Positions 35,492-45,518 of a stretch of DNA of 64,000 bases are shown here, piece by piece. This DNA is from Terracidiphilus sp. (GTDB lineage Bacteria; Acidobacteriota; Terriglobia; Terriglobales; Acidobacteriaceae). The DNA is taken from the NCBI GenBank assembly GCA_049522255.1, contig JBEKOA010000001.1, forward strand, positions 4,216-68,215, given 5' to 3'. Every line of letters begins with the position of its first letter. The stretch's first letter is position 1. The translations under genes and the position numbers were made by a program. The notes beneath the pieces are model-generated. The model had not been told where the DNA came from. It made no database searches and saw only the letters and a program-made list of their open reading frames with translations.

Positions 35492-36975
35492 TGTCCGCTC
35501 ACCACCTTTGCCGCACCACGAATCAGTTCGAGCAGCGGAGCCGGCACCCAGAATCCGATGACCACAAGCACTGTGACTAATGCAAGCAACGAACCATCGC
35601 GCCACGGGCGGCGCGGCGCCACCGGCATATCGCCCTTGGGGCCGAGAATCATGCCGCCGACATGCAGCAGCGCGCCGGCGAAGACGCCCGTTCCGAAGAG
35701 CACAAAGAGCACGCCGGTAAGAAGGTGTCCGCCATCGAAGGCCGCGCGCACAATCAGGAACTCGCTCTGAAAGAGGCTGAAGGGTGGCGTGCCGATGATG
35801 GCCAGCATGGCCATGAGAAAGATAACACCCGTGAGCGGCATGACTCGTATGACACTGCCCTTGATCTCGGAGAAGAGGTCGGTCTTGAAGTGCTGCCGCA
35901 CGTTGCCCGCGCAGAGGAAGAGCAGCGATTTCGCAATGGTGTGAAAGGTCATGTGCAGCATCAGACCCAGGGTGCCGAGCGGGCCGCCGAGCCCCAGCGC
36001 CGTGACCATGATACCGGAGTGATCGATGGTGTGATAGGCCAGCAAGCGGCGATAGTTCTTCTGTACCAGGATGAATGGAACGGAGATGCCCATCGAGAGC
36101 AATCCGAAGAGCAGCAGCAAATGGCTGGGGTATTCCGTGCCGAGAGAACGGCTGGTGAGGATGTAGAAACGGATGAGGCCATAGAGCGCGCAGTTGAGCA
36201 TTGCCGACGAAAGAATCGCGGCGGATGGCACCGGGGCTTCGCTATATGCGTCCGGCTTCCAGGTGTGCATCGGCGCAAGGCCAGCCTTGGTTCCATAGCC
36301 CATGAGGATCAGCACAAAGGCCAAGCGCATCGACGTCTTGTCGAGCAGCTCGGCGTGCTGCGCCAGCACCGACCAATTCAATCCGGCGAGCGCATCAGAG
36401 CCGGCCAGGCGGTGGCCGGCGTAGTAAGTCACCAAGGTGCCGAAGAGCGCCATCGACAAACCAACGCCGCCGATGATGGCATACTTCCATGCGGCCTCGA
36501 GCGATGTGACCTTGCCGTAAAAGGTGACAAGGAAAACCGAGACCAGCGTGGTAGCTTCAATCGCTGCCCACATCACGCCCAGATTGTTGGCCACCGCTAC
36601 AAACATCATGGAAAAAACAAACAACGGAGTCAGCGTCGAATACATGCGAAGCTGTGCGATCTGTTCCTCGACTTCTTCTCCGAGTTCGCCGCTCTCTTGG
36701 TCATCGCGCAAATAGCCAATGGAATAAGTTGCGCAGACCAGCGCAACCAATGCGGTAAGAAGGATCACCAGCGCGCTCAACGCGTCGGCATAAAAGAATC
36801 CGTTTGCCAGCGAGACCGTGCCGTGGGCGAGCACCTGTGCGGCCAGAGCGATGGCGATAAGAAACGTCAGGCCAAAACCAGTTAGATTGGCCCGTTCCAT
36901 CTCTTCGCGGCGGCGTGCGAAATAGGACGCGGCGGCGGTGGAAATCGGAATCAGCAATAGAGCGATCAGCAGCAT
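35488..36975 (-). CDS. hyfF: HyfF-like proton-translocating membrane subunit
   Basis: WAAIEATT, EAAWKY, GYGTKAGLAPMHTWKPDA, KSLLFL. Confidence 0.87.
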   Translation of the reverse strand: MLLIALLLIPISTAAASYFARRREEMERANLTGFGLTFLIAIALAAQVLAHGTVSLANGFFYADALSALVILLTALVALVCATYSIGYLRDDQESGELGEEVEEQIAQLRMYSTLTPLFVFSMMFVAVANNLGVMWAAIEATTLVSVFLVTFYGKVTSLEAAWKYAIIGGVGLSMALFGTLVTYYAGHRLAGSDALAGLNWSVLAQHAELLDKTSMRLAFVLILMGYGTKAGLAPMHTWKPDAYSEAPVPSAAILSSAMLNCALYGLIRFYILTSRSLGTEYPSHLLLLFGLLSMGISVPFILVQKNYRRLLAYHTIDHSGIMVTALGLGGPLGTLGLMLHMTFHTIAKSLLFLCAGNVRQHFKTDLFSEIKGSVIRVMPLTGVIFLMAMLAIIGTPPFSLFQSEFLIVRAAFDGGHLLTGVLFVLFGTGVFAGALLHVGGMILGPKGDMPVAPRRPWRDGSLLALVTVLVVIGFWVPAPLLELIRGAAKVVSGQ

Positions 36976-36976
36976 C

Positions 36977-37657
36977 CTATCCTCGCAACCTCCGCAACAG
37001 GCTTACATCCATCGACTCGAAGGATTCGCGAATGCGGTAGACGAGAATGCCCAGTACCATCGCGGCTACCAGCACGTCGAAGAGAATTCCCAATTCCACA
37101 ATCAGCGGCATCCCATAGGTGAGCGAAATGGCCGCGAGAAAGAGGCCGTTTTCCAACGACAACAAGGCCAGCACCTGCGTAAGCGCCTTGCGGCGATTGA
37201 TCATGGTGAAGAAACCGATCAGAAAAAGAGAAATGGCCACCGCAAGCTCGTTGTGGCCCAGGCCCGGCTCGTCCGGCTTATAAAACGATTCGGCCACCAC
37301 GTAGCCCAACAAGGTCAGCCCGCCTGAGATCACTACGGAGAGCGGCACGTTGATGATCGGCTTGATCTCTTCGCGGATGTCCATGCGCACTACAAGGCGT
37401 TCAAAGAGAATGGGCACCAGGATTACCTTCACCACCAGGGTAAGCGCGGCAGCAATATAGATATGGGGCGCGTGATTGAACCAGGCGATCGTCGCGGCAA
37501 TCATGGCGAGAAGAAACGATTGAATGGCGAAGATGCGAATGTGGGTGACGATCCAGCGCTGCGCCACCACGGCAATTTGCAGGACGAGCACCAGCGCCGC
37601 CATCAGTGTGATGATTCGTTCGCCGAATTGCATATCGAGAAACGGTTTCATAAGCAT
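36977..37657 (-). CDS. hyfE: HyfE-like (NuoK-related) membrane subunit
   Basis: RRKALTQVL.LL.LENG, MPLIVELG..FD; TGATG overlap with hyfC. Confidence 0.82.
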   Translation of the reverse strand: MLMKPFLDMQFGERIITLMAALVLVLQIAVVAQRWIVTHIRIFAIQSFLLAMIAATIAWFNHAPHIYIAAALTLVVKVILVPILFERLVVRMDIREEIKPIINVPLSVVISGGLTLLGYVVAESFYKPDEPGLGHNELAVAISLFLIGFFTMINRRKALTQVLALLSLENGLFLAAISLTYGMPLIVELGILFDVLVAAMVLGILVYRIRESFESMDVSLLRRLRG

Positions 37658-38598
37658 CAGAAGAGGAAAGTAGAAACCAGCGCGAGCGAGCCCAATGTAA
37701 ATGCGACGGCGAGCAGTTCCGGCACGCGGAAGAGCCGCATCTTGGCGTTGACGGTTTCGAGTAGAACAATAGCGCAACTCAAAAGAAGCAGCTTGGCAAG
37801 CAGCCAAACGATTCCGATGAGAGCGCCGAAGCCAAACCAGGTTGGTTGCAGTCCAACAGGCCAGAAGCAGTTGATCAACAGCGTCATCAGGACCAGTTGC
37901 TTGATGGAGGCAGCCCATTCAACCAGCGCCAGGTAGGGGCCGGAGTATTCAAGGATCATGGCCTCGTGAATCATCGTAAGTTCGAGATGCGTTGCTGGGT
38001 TGTCGACTGGGATGCGGCCCGTCTCCGCGATGAGCACCACTGCAAGCGCGGCGAATGCGAACATTTGCGCCGGAGCGAGAAATCGCCAGGTTTGCCCGAT
38101 CGCTGCTCCGGCGATTTCAGTGAGGCCCGTCGATCCTGCGCCGATAGCGACCGTAAAGATCGCCAGCATCATCGCTGGTTCGGCCAGGGCTGAGATGGTC
38201 ATCTCGCGGCTGCTGCCGAGGCCCCCGAATGAGCCGCCGGTATCGAGTCCGCTGAGCGCCAGAAAGAATCGTCCCAGGCCAAGAAGATAAATCACCGCCA
38301 GCGCGCCGCCGAACAACCCGAGCGGTGCATCGGCTGCGACCATGGGAATCATCAGGCCAGCCAGAATCGTGCTGAAAAAAACGATCCACGGCGCGGCCGA
38401 GAAGATCCACGATGCGGTTTCCGGAATCACCATGCCCTTGCGAAAGAGCTTCAGGAGATCTCGATACGGCTGAAGAATGCCGGGACCGCGCCGTGTTTGC
38501 AGGCGCGCCTTGAGCGTGCGAATGACACCAGTCACCAGCGGCGCCAGCGCCAGCAGCAAGAGGAGTTGCGATACGGATTCGAGGATTCGTTCCGTCAT
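37657..38598 (-). CDS. hyfC: HyfC/NuoH-like membrane subunit
   Basis: RRGPGILQPYRDLLKL, GGLGSSRE, AETGRIPVD, HLELTMIHEAMILEYSG. Confidence 0.88.
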   Translation of the reverse strand: MTERILESVSQLLLLLALAPLVTGVIRTLKARLQTRRGPGILQPYRDLLKLFRKGMVIPETASWIFSAAPWIVFFSTILAGLMIPMVAADAPLGLFGGALAVIYLLGLGRFFLALSGLDTGGSFGGLGSSREMTISALAEPAMMLAIFTVAIGAGSTGLTEIAGAAIGQTWRFLAPAQMFAFAALAVVLIAETGRIPVDNPATHLELTMIHEAMILEYSGPYLALVEWAASIKQLVLMTLLINCFWPVGLQPTWFGFGALIGIVWLLAKLLLLSCAIVLLETVNAKMRLFRVPELLAVAFTLGSLALVSTFLF

Positions 38599-40625
38599 GG
38601 GCGCACCGCAAACAGCAGCAACAGGATCAGCGTGATAAAGATGTAGGCGAGATAGGCATTGATGCTGCCGGCCTGAATCGCTCTCATGCGCTCTGCCGCG
38701 GCCATGATCCTATGGCGCAGCGGCTCGTAGAGATGTTTTTCAAATGTTGGCTCGATCTCGCTCTCGAAGCGGATCGCGCTCGGGTAGTAAGGCGAGACTT
38801 CGTACTCCGCTTGGATCTCACGGCGCGGGCGATAGAGGACAGAGAAGATCATGCGCAGCGGTTTTGAAAATGCCGTGGCAGTGTATTCGTTGTCTGCGGT
38901 CAAACCTGGCAGGCCGCAATCCCACGCCGGCCCTTTGACGATGCGACGGCGCAAGCGCAGAGCGAGCGGCAACGCAAAGGCCGCTCCGGCAAGCAAGAAG
39001 AGCAATGCCATTCCGGCTGTCGAAATCGTGCCGCCATGAGCTGTTCCCGGCGAGAGCGCCATGCCGTGAGCCACAACCATCGCCGAACTAGCGCTTACGC
39101 CCAGCGTCTGTTGCGTGATCGGATCGAAAATCCGCACAAGCCACGTTGCGCCCAGGCCAAGCGCGACGCATCCCACCGCCAGCACCGCCATCCCGGCGCG
39201 CATTGTCGGTGAGGCTTCTCGCGCATCCGCGGCTTGCTCACTGCGCGGCAACGCGAGAAACGGAATGGCGAATGCTTTCACAAAACAGGTCGCCGCCAGA
39301 GCCGCTGTCAGCGCCAGCAGCGCGCCGGCGATGGGGAACATCAAACGTGTGAGACTCTGTGTGGTGCCGAAGCCGGCCAGCAGCGCCTGGTAGGTGAGCC
39401 ACTCGCTGACAAATCCATTGAGAGGCGGCAGCCCGGAGATGGCTACAGCGCCGACGAGAAAGCAGACTGCCGTCACAGGCATCAGCCGGATCAGCCCACC
39501 CATCTTCTCCATATTGCGCGTATGCGTTGACTGCACCACAGACCCGGCGCAGAGAAAGAGCAATCCTTTGAACGTGGCGTGGTTGAAGGTGTGATACAGC
39601 CCTGCAATCAGGGCGAGAGCCGCCAAATTCGGCTGGCCTAACGAGCGAAACATCAGCGCCGCGCCAAAGCCCATGAGGATGATGCCGATGTTCTCGATGC
39701 TGTGCCATGCCAGCAGACGCTTCAGGTCGTGCTCCATCAGCGCATAGAGTACTCCGAGCAATGCGGATATGACGCCCAGCGCCAGCACAACGGTTCCCAT
39801 CCAAAGAGGCGGCGGCCCATAGAAATCGAAGAAAACCCTGGCCATGCCGTAGATGCCGGTCTTGATCACGATGCCGGACATCAAAGCCGAGACATTGCTG
39901 GGAGCGACGGGATGAGCCTCCGGAAGCCAGATGTGGACCGGGACCAGACCGGCCTTCACGCCGAAGCCGAAGAGAAAAAGCAGAAAGACCGCGCCCTGCC
40001 GAAACGGCGAAAGACTCGAAGCCAACTCATGAAAACTGGCAAAATCCAGACTGCCAAATGCGGATGTGAGGATCATAAACGCAATCAGCAGCAGGCCCGT
40101 GCCCGCGTGCGACATGACCAGGAAGAGCACCCCGGCATTGCGCGCTTCTTTCTTTTCGTGTTCGAAGCTCACCAAACAAAATGCTGAAAGCGCCATCACC
40201 TCCCACGCCACCAGGAAGAAGAAGACATTGGATGCGGTAAAGACCAGCGCCAGGCTCATCAGCAGCAGATTGAAAAAGAATCCAAAGGCACCCAGGTTCC
40301 GGCTTCCTTCCATCTCCTTCAAATATCCGAAAGAGTAGAGCGAAACGGCCGTCGCCAGTACCCCGAGCGTTATGTTGAAGTAGGCCGATAGCGGGTCCAG
40401 CCTGATAGACCAGTAAAAGATTGGGTTACCGAAAGGCAGGTCGATCAGTGCCGAGCTGCTGCTGAAAATCGCCGCAGTCGAGCCAGCCAGATCGAGCAGC
40501 GAACCTGCCAGCGCCGCCCCGCACGCCACTCGGCGAGAGGCAGCCGGTCTGTGCCAAAGAACAAGACTGGCCAGTGCGCCCGCGAGCCAGACGACGATTC
40601 CGCTCAGAAAAATCCCAGAGGTCAT
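38595..40625 (-). CDS. hyfB: HyfB-like antiporter-type membrane subunit
   Basis: AWEVM, KAGLVPVHIWLPEAHPVAPS, HSIENIG, HATFKGLLF, PPLNGFVSEW. Confidence 0.9.
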   Translation of the reverse strand: MTSGIFLSGIVVWLAGALASLVLWHRPAASRRVACGAALAGSLLDLAGSTAAIFSSSSALIDLPFGNPIFYWSIRLDPLSAYFNITLGVLATAVSLYSFGYLKEMEGSRNLGAFGFFFNLLLMSLALVFTASNVFFFLVAWEVMALSAFCLVSFEHEKKEARNAGVLFLVMSHAGTGLLLIAFMILTSAFGSLDFASFHELASSLSPFRQGAVFLLFLFGFGVKAGLVPVHIWLPEAHPVAPSNVSALMSGIVIKTGIYGMARVFFDFYGPPPLWMGTVVLALGVISALLGVLYALMEHDLKRLLAWHSIENIGIILMGFGAALMFRSLGQPNLAALALIAGLYHTFNHATFKGLLFLCAGSVVQSTHTRNMEKMGGLIRLMPVTAVCFLVGAVAISGLPPLNGFVSEWLTYQALLAGFGTTQSLTRLMFPIAGALLALTAALAATCFVKAFAIPFLALPRSEQAADAREASPTMRAGMAVLAVGCVALGLGATWLVRIFDPITQQTLGVSASSAMVVAHGMALSPGTAHGGTISTAGMALLFLLAGAAFALPLALRLRRRIVKGPAWDCGLPGLTADNEYTATAFSKPLRMIFSVLYRPRREIQAEYEVSPYYPSAIRFESEIEPTFEKHLYEPLRHRIMAAAERMRAIQAGSINAYLAYIFITLILLLLFAVRP

Positions 40626-40960
40626 CGGGGAGAGTCCTCAAATTCCACTTCTCCAAGCATCTGAACAGCGTCCGCGAGGCTGGCCTGGAAATACCGGCGC
40701 ATGATGTCGAGAACCTCCACCAGCATCTTATTCCGAATCGAATAAAACACCTGGTTGCCCTCTTTGCGATTTACAACGATCTGGTGGCTCCTCAGGATTG
40801 CCAGATGCTGCGAGAGATTCGCCTGTTCGAGGCCGAGCTTTTCCTGGATGGCCCGTGCGGAGAGTTCCCGGTCGCGCAACAGCTCAAGGATAGCAATGCG
40901 TGTGGGATGGGAGAGCGCGCGAAAGATGCTGGCTTTATATCTGCGCAATGTCTCCTGCAT
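40622..40960 (-). CDS. ArsR/SmtB-family repressor heading the ehr operon
   Basis: FRALSHPTRIAILELL, SQHLAILR, RKEGNQVFYSI. Confidence 0.9.
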   Translation of the reverse strand: MQETLRRYKASIFRALSHPTRIAILELLRDRELSARAIQEKLGLEQANLSQHLAILRSHQIVVNRKEGNQVFYSIRNKMLVEVLDIMRRYFQASLADAVQMLGEVEFEDSPR

Positions 40961-40996
40961 ATGCGTCAGTATATTCGATCATGCGAATATACGCAA
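40961..40996 (-). promoter_or_regulatory. sigma70 promoter (TTGCGT-N17-TATACT) overlapping a 9-6-9 inverted repeat; probably leaderless
   Basis: GTATATTCG-ATCATG-CGAATATAC at 40969-40992; -10 ends 7 nt before the ATG; no SD. Confidence 0.72.
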
Positions 40997-41308
40997 TAAA
41001 CGCGGACATTGGGTGGGTCGGCTTACGAGTTGCGATCCTGCAATCATATCGAGCTGCTCTTACATGGGGTTCTCACCGTCTACGCACGCAGTTATTTCCA
41101 GGATTCAGGTCAAGGCGGAACCATCCCCGCAACAGCCCTTGTTGCCTAATTCTCATTTTTGTAATGAATTGACCAGAAATCGAACGGAATCGTCTCTAGA
41201 ATGCGGGCATTGATCTACTGGAGCCGTTCCTTGCGCGAGGCCGAGATTCATCTCGCTCTCGGCTCCGCGGCAAGTCCACCTTCGTAAACAAGACAACCGG
41301 TCGGAGGA

Positions 41309-42313
41309 GTGAAGGGGGCCATGTCTTTGAAGCCTGCCATGCGAAAGGTCGTGCTCTTCCTAGCGTTCGTGATTTCTGCCTGTCCGCCCGGCCATGCGCA
41401 GGCAGCCCTGCTCATGGAAGAGCCTTACGGCTTCTTTGGCGCCTTGAACCCCACCGGTCACGAAGCTATCTACTTTGCGCGCATCTGCGCCGAAACCCCC
41501 ATCAGATTGCGCCGGTGCGCGGCGGGCGAGCCGGGCTCGGTCTTCACCCGCTACCAGGGAATCGCCGGCTACGACTGGGTAGCCATGCCGCTGATTGCCT
41601 ATCTTTACTCCGTCGAAGATCCATCCGCGGTTCCCGTTCGCGCTGACCGGAAAACTGTGACTCGCCTGCGCGAACAATACCACGAGGCTCATCTGCTCAG
41701 CCTGGGCAAAGACCTGCCCGAGGGTGGCGCCTTCCAGCGAGGGTGGAATCAGTTGGTGGGCGTGGCCTACGAGCGCCGGATGACCGCCTTTCGGTTTACA
41801 ACCACCGAAGAGCAGGACGACGCGCTCATCGTGAAAATGAACAGCGGAGCGAACCACTCTCGCTACAGCCTTGTCTTCTGGAACTGCGCCGATTTTTCCA
41901 GCGCCATTTTGAATTTCTATTTTCCCCGCGCATTCCGGCGCAGCCTGTTTCCCGACGCGGGCATCACCACCCCCATGCAGGTTACCTATGAACTGGTTCG
42001 CTACGCACGCAAACACCCTGGGACCCAGTTGTCGGTGCTTGCGATTCCCCAGGTTCCCGGCTGCCGTGGCCGCAGCAGACCCAACAAGAGCATCGCTCAA
42101 TCGCTCATCGTCCGCGGCTATATCATTCCCCTTGCGGCCGTCTGTCCTGCTTGCGCCGGTGGCCTGCTCGTCGATTGGCTGGCGTGGGGACGCTATTCCC
42201 TCCATATCGAGCATCCGCAGACTCTAACCCCCGCGGATATGACTCCCCTGACATCCCCCGCCCGGACGGTCTTCTCTCAAAGCTCGCAAAAAAGCATCAG
42301 GCTGGCGGACTAG
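41309..42313 (+). CDS. Exported hypothetical protein, possibly a permuted papain-like (His..Cys) enzyme
   Basis: Signal peptide; PTGHEAIYF and YSLVFWNCADF. Confidence 0.65.
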   Translation: MKGAMSLKPAMRKVVLFLAFVISACPPGHAQAALLMEEPYGFFGALNPTGHEAIYFARICAETPIRLRRCAAGEPGSVFTRYQGIAGYDWVAMPLIAYLYSVEDPSAVPVRADRKTVTRLREQYHEAHLLSLGKDLPEGGAFQRGWNQLVGVAYERRMTAFRFTTTEEQDDALIVKMNSGANHSRYSLVFWNCADFSSAILNFYFPRAFRRSLFPDAGITTPMQVTYELVRYARKHPGTQLSVLAIPQVPGCRGRSRPNKSIAQSLIVRGYIIPLAAVCPACAGGLLVDWLAWGRYSLHIEHPQTLTPADMTPLTSPARTVFSQSSQKSIRLAD

Positions 42314-42470
42314 CGTCAGGGGACAACCTAGCAGAATGCAGGAAAGCTCGGTCGGGAGGTAGGCCGGAATCGTCAAGCCTCTACTGTCGGACGCCGTCAG
42401 ATCGCAGCCAATCACGAGAGATTCTCCTAAGCAATGTCACGCGGCCTTCCAAACGCGCTACCATTGCCCC

Positions 42471-45400
42471 GTGGCCACTCCGCCTCTTTCCGTCCTGATG
42501 AACCAGCCGCCGCTGGAGCATGAGCGCTTTGCTGCGCACCGTGAGTTGGAAGCTCTCCTCAAGGCCACACTTCGCGGAGATGTTCGGTTCGACCTGGGCT
42601 CGCGGGCGCTCTACGCGGCCGACTCGTCGAACTACCGCCAGCTTCCGGTGGGCGTCGTTGTGCCCCGCGATGCCGCAGACGTAGAGGCCGCTCTCGCCGC
42701 CTGCCGCGCAACAGGAGCCGCAGTCTTGCCGCGGGGCGCGGGCACCAGCCTGGCCGGCCAATGTGCCAACGTGGCCGTGGTCTTCGACTACTCGAAGTAC
42801 ATGCGCGGCCTGACGTCGATCGATCCCGATGCAAAGTTGGCGCGCGTCGAGCCGGGTCTGGTTCTCGACCGGTTGCGCGAGGCCGCCGAACGGCATCACC
42901 TGACCTACGCTCCCGACCCTGCGACGCATTCGCGCTGCACGCTGGGCGGCATGATCGGTAACAACAGTTGCGGTGTCCACGGATTGCTGGGGGGTAAGGT
43001 CGTGGACAACGTCGAATCACTCGATCTGATCTTGTATGACGGAACGCGAATGACAGTGGGCCGCACCAGCCCCGCAGAGCTTGAGAGATTGATTCGCTCT
43101 GGTGGTCGCGCAGGCCAGATCTATGCAGGTCTCGCACGTCTTCGCGATCGCTACGGAAACCTTGTCCGCGAGAAGTTTCCACGCATTCCACGGCGCGTCT
43201 CCGGCTACAACCTCGATGAATTGCTCGACGAGAATGGCTTCAATGTGGCCCGTGCGCTGGTGGGATCGGAGGGCACCTGCGCTACCGTCGTCTCAGCCAC
43301 GCTGAACCTCATCGCCAGTCCGCCCTTTCGCATACTCACGGCATTGGCCTTTGCCGACGCATTCCAGGCCGCCGACGCCGTGCCGCGCGTGCTTGAACTC
43401 GGGCCCATCGGCCTGGAAGGCTTTGACGCTATGCTCGTCGATTTCATGCGCCGCAAGGGTCTGGCCGTGGACGATGTTGCGCTGCTGCCCCAGGGAGGCG
43501 GGTTCCTGCTGGTCGAAATGGGCGCATGGAACGAGGCTGAGGCGCAGGCAAAAACCGACGCACTCGTCAGTGCGTCCCAAAGCTGGTCGGTCTCACCAGT
43601 AGCCCGCATCTACAACGCTGCCGACGCCGCCCGCATCTGGCATGTGCGCGAATCGGCACTGGGTGCAACCGTCTTCGTCCCCGGCGAGCCCGACGGCTGG
43701 GAAGGCTGGGAAGACGCAGGCATTCCTCCTGCTAGGCTGGGCGCCTACCTGCGCAAGTTGGTCGCGCTGTTGGGTGAGTATGGCTATCGCAGCCCGCTCT
43801 ACGGTCATTACGGACAGGGCTGCGTGCACCTGCGCATCAACTTTGACTTCCGTAGCGAAGAGGGGCTGCGCAAATACCGCGAGTTCATCGAGAGAGCCGC
43901 CGACCTGGTGCTCAGCTTTGGCGGGTCGCTCAGCGGCGAACACGGTGACGGACAGTCTCGCGCCGCTCTCTTGCCCAAGATGTTTGGTCCGGAGCTGATG
44001 CAGGCCTTCCGCGAGTTCAAGGCGCTGTGGGACCCGGAGAACCGCATGAATCCCGGCAAGCTGGTGGATGCGGTGCGCGTCTACGACCCCGTCGAGAATC
44101 TTCTCCACGGCTTGCCCGCAGCGCCGGGTCACGCGCACTCCAAACCGGAGACGCATTTCGTCTTTGCCGCCGATGGTGGATCGCTGCGGCGCGCCACCGA
44201 GCGCTGCGTGGGTGTGGGCGCATGCCGCAAGAGTGAGGGCGGCGTGATGTGTCCCAGTTACCGCGCTACGGGCGAGGAACAGCACTCCACGCGCGGCCGC
44301 GCACGACTGCTCTGGGAGATGCTGGCCGGCGCGCTGCGCGAAGAGGGCTTCAAGAGCCGCGCCGTGCATGAAGCGCTCGATCTCTGCCTCAGTTGCAAAG
44401 CCTGCAAGAGCGAGTGCCCGGTGCAAGTAGACATGGCAGCTTATAAGTCGGAGTTTCTGGCGCAGCACTATGAGGGACGGATGCATCCACTGCATCACTA
44501 CATCTTTGGCTTTGCCGACCGGCTTGCGCGGCTGGGCTCGTTCGCTCCGGCGCTGACCAATGCCATCCTGACCGGTCCGATCACAAGCCCTCTGATCAAG
44601 CACATCGTAGGCATTGCGCAAGAGCGGCAACTGCCTCGATTGGCAGCCAAGAGCTACCAGCAGAGCCGCACCTCAATTCGCGCTCAGCAAAGACTGGGAT
44701 ACGATGAACCCCATCCGGTTACCTCAAGTCTCGATTCTGAGACCTGGGAAACTACGAAACTCAAGCAGGTCTTACTTTGGCCTGACACGTGGAATAACTA
44801 TTATCATCCGCAAACGCTGGCTGCGGCGGAATCCGTTCTCACTTTGGCTGGCTTCCGCGTTGAAGTTCCGCGCGGACATATCTGCTGCGGAAGGCCGCTT
44901 TATGACTTCGGCCTGCTCGACGCAGCCCGCGTGTATCTTGCCAGGGTCCTCAACCGCATGGATTCGCAGATCGAAGCTGGGCTGCCTTTCATTTTTCTCG
45001 AACCCAGTTGCGCCAGTGTCTTCAAGGATGAGTTACTGGAACTATTCCCAAAAGACACGCGCGCGCGGCGCATGAGCGGGCAAGTCTGGCTGCTAGCCGA
45101 CTTTCTCGCCGCCAAGGCTCCGAAGTTCTGGGCCGGTCGACTTACCGGAGCGCAGATTCTGCTTCATGGCCACTGCCACCACAAAGCGGTCTTCGGCGGA
45201 CCAGCCAGTGAAATAGCCCTGCTGCGCAAGGCCGGCGCCACGGTCGAACCCATCCAGGCCGGCTGCTGCGGCATGGCCGGCCCGTTTGGATTTGAGGCGG
45301 ACAAGTTCGAGGTTTCCAAAAAGATTGCCGAAGACAGTCTGCTGCCTGCTGTCCGGTCCGCAGGACCCATGACCATCATCGTCGCCGATGGCTTCAGTTG

Positions 45401-45485
45401 CCGCGAGCAGATCAGTCAGCTCGGAGCTCGCGAGACCATGCACTTCGCAGAAGTCCTGGCCCGCAGTTGTGGCTGCGGAAAATGA
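42471..45485 (+). CDS. FAD-binding and Fe-S oxidoreductase (YdiJ/D-lactate dehydrogenase-like)
   Basis: PRGAGTSLAGQ, GGMIGNNSCG, GSEGT, SGEHGDG, CVGVGAC, CLSCKACKSECP, CCG repeats. Confidence 0.9.
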   Translation: MATPPLSVLMNQPPLEHERFAAHRELEALLKATLRGDVRFDLGSRALYAADSSNYRQLPVGVVVPRDAADVEAALAACRATGAAVLPRGAGTSLAGQCANVAVVFDYSKYMRGLTSIDPDAKLARVEPGLVLDRLREAAERHHLTYAPDPATHSRCTLGGMIGNNSCGVHGLLGGKVVDNVESLDLILYDGTRMTVGRTSPAELERLIRSGGRAGQIYAGLARLRDRYGNLVREKFPRIPRRVSGYNLDELLDENGFNVARALVGSEGTCATVVSATLNLIASPPFRILTALAFADAFQAADAVPRVLELGPIGLEGFDAMLVDFMRRKGLAVDDVALLPQGGGFLLVEMGAWNEAEAQAKTDALVSASQSWSVSPVARIYNAADAARIWHVRESALGATVFVPGEPDGWEGWEDAGIPPARLGAYLRKLVALLGEYGYRSPLYGHYGQGCVHLRINFDFRSEEGLRKYREFIERAADLVLSFGGSLSGEHGDGQSRAALLPKMFGPELMQAFREFKALWDPENRMNPGKLVDAVRVYDPVENLLHGLPAAPGHAHSKPETHFVFAADGGSLRRATERCVGVGACRKSEGGVMCPSYRATGEEQHSTRGRARLLWEMLAGALREEGFKSRAVHEALDLCLSCKACKSECPVQVDMAAYKSEFLAQHYEGRMHPLHHYIFGFADRLARLGSFAPALTNAILTGPITSPLIKHIVGIAQERQLPRLAAKSYQQSRTSIRAQQRLGYDEPHPVTSSLDSETWETTKLKQVLLWPDTWNNYYHPQTLAAAESVLTLAGFRVEVPRGHICCGRPLYDFGLLDAARVYLARVLNRMDSQIEAGLPFIFLEPSCASVFKDELLELFPKDTRARRMSGQVWLLADFLAAKAPKFWAGRLTGAQILLHGHCHHKAVFGGPASEIALLRKAGATVEPIQAGCCGMAGPFGFEADKFEVSKKIAEDSLLPAVRSAGPMTIIVADGFSCREQISQLGARETMHFAEVLARSCGCGK

Positions 45486-45518
45486 GTGACAAGTCCCGCG
45501 GCCCCGAAGAGTGTTGTC

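Noticed and set aside
35662-36885. Long antisense ORFs (also 46131..47351, 53931..55295, 43593..44630 and others)
   Set aside because: They are shadows of well-supported genes in high-GC DNA, with no motifs or RBS.
33058-40625. Functional [NiFe] group-4 hydrogenase or formate hydrogenlyase
   Set aside because: Both L1 and L2 CxxC motifs are absent, and no hyp or fdh genes are nearby.
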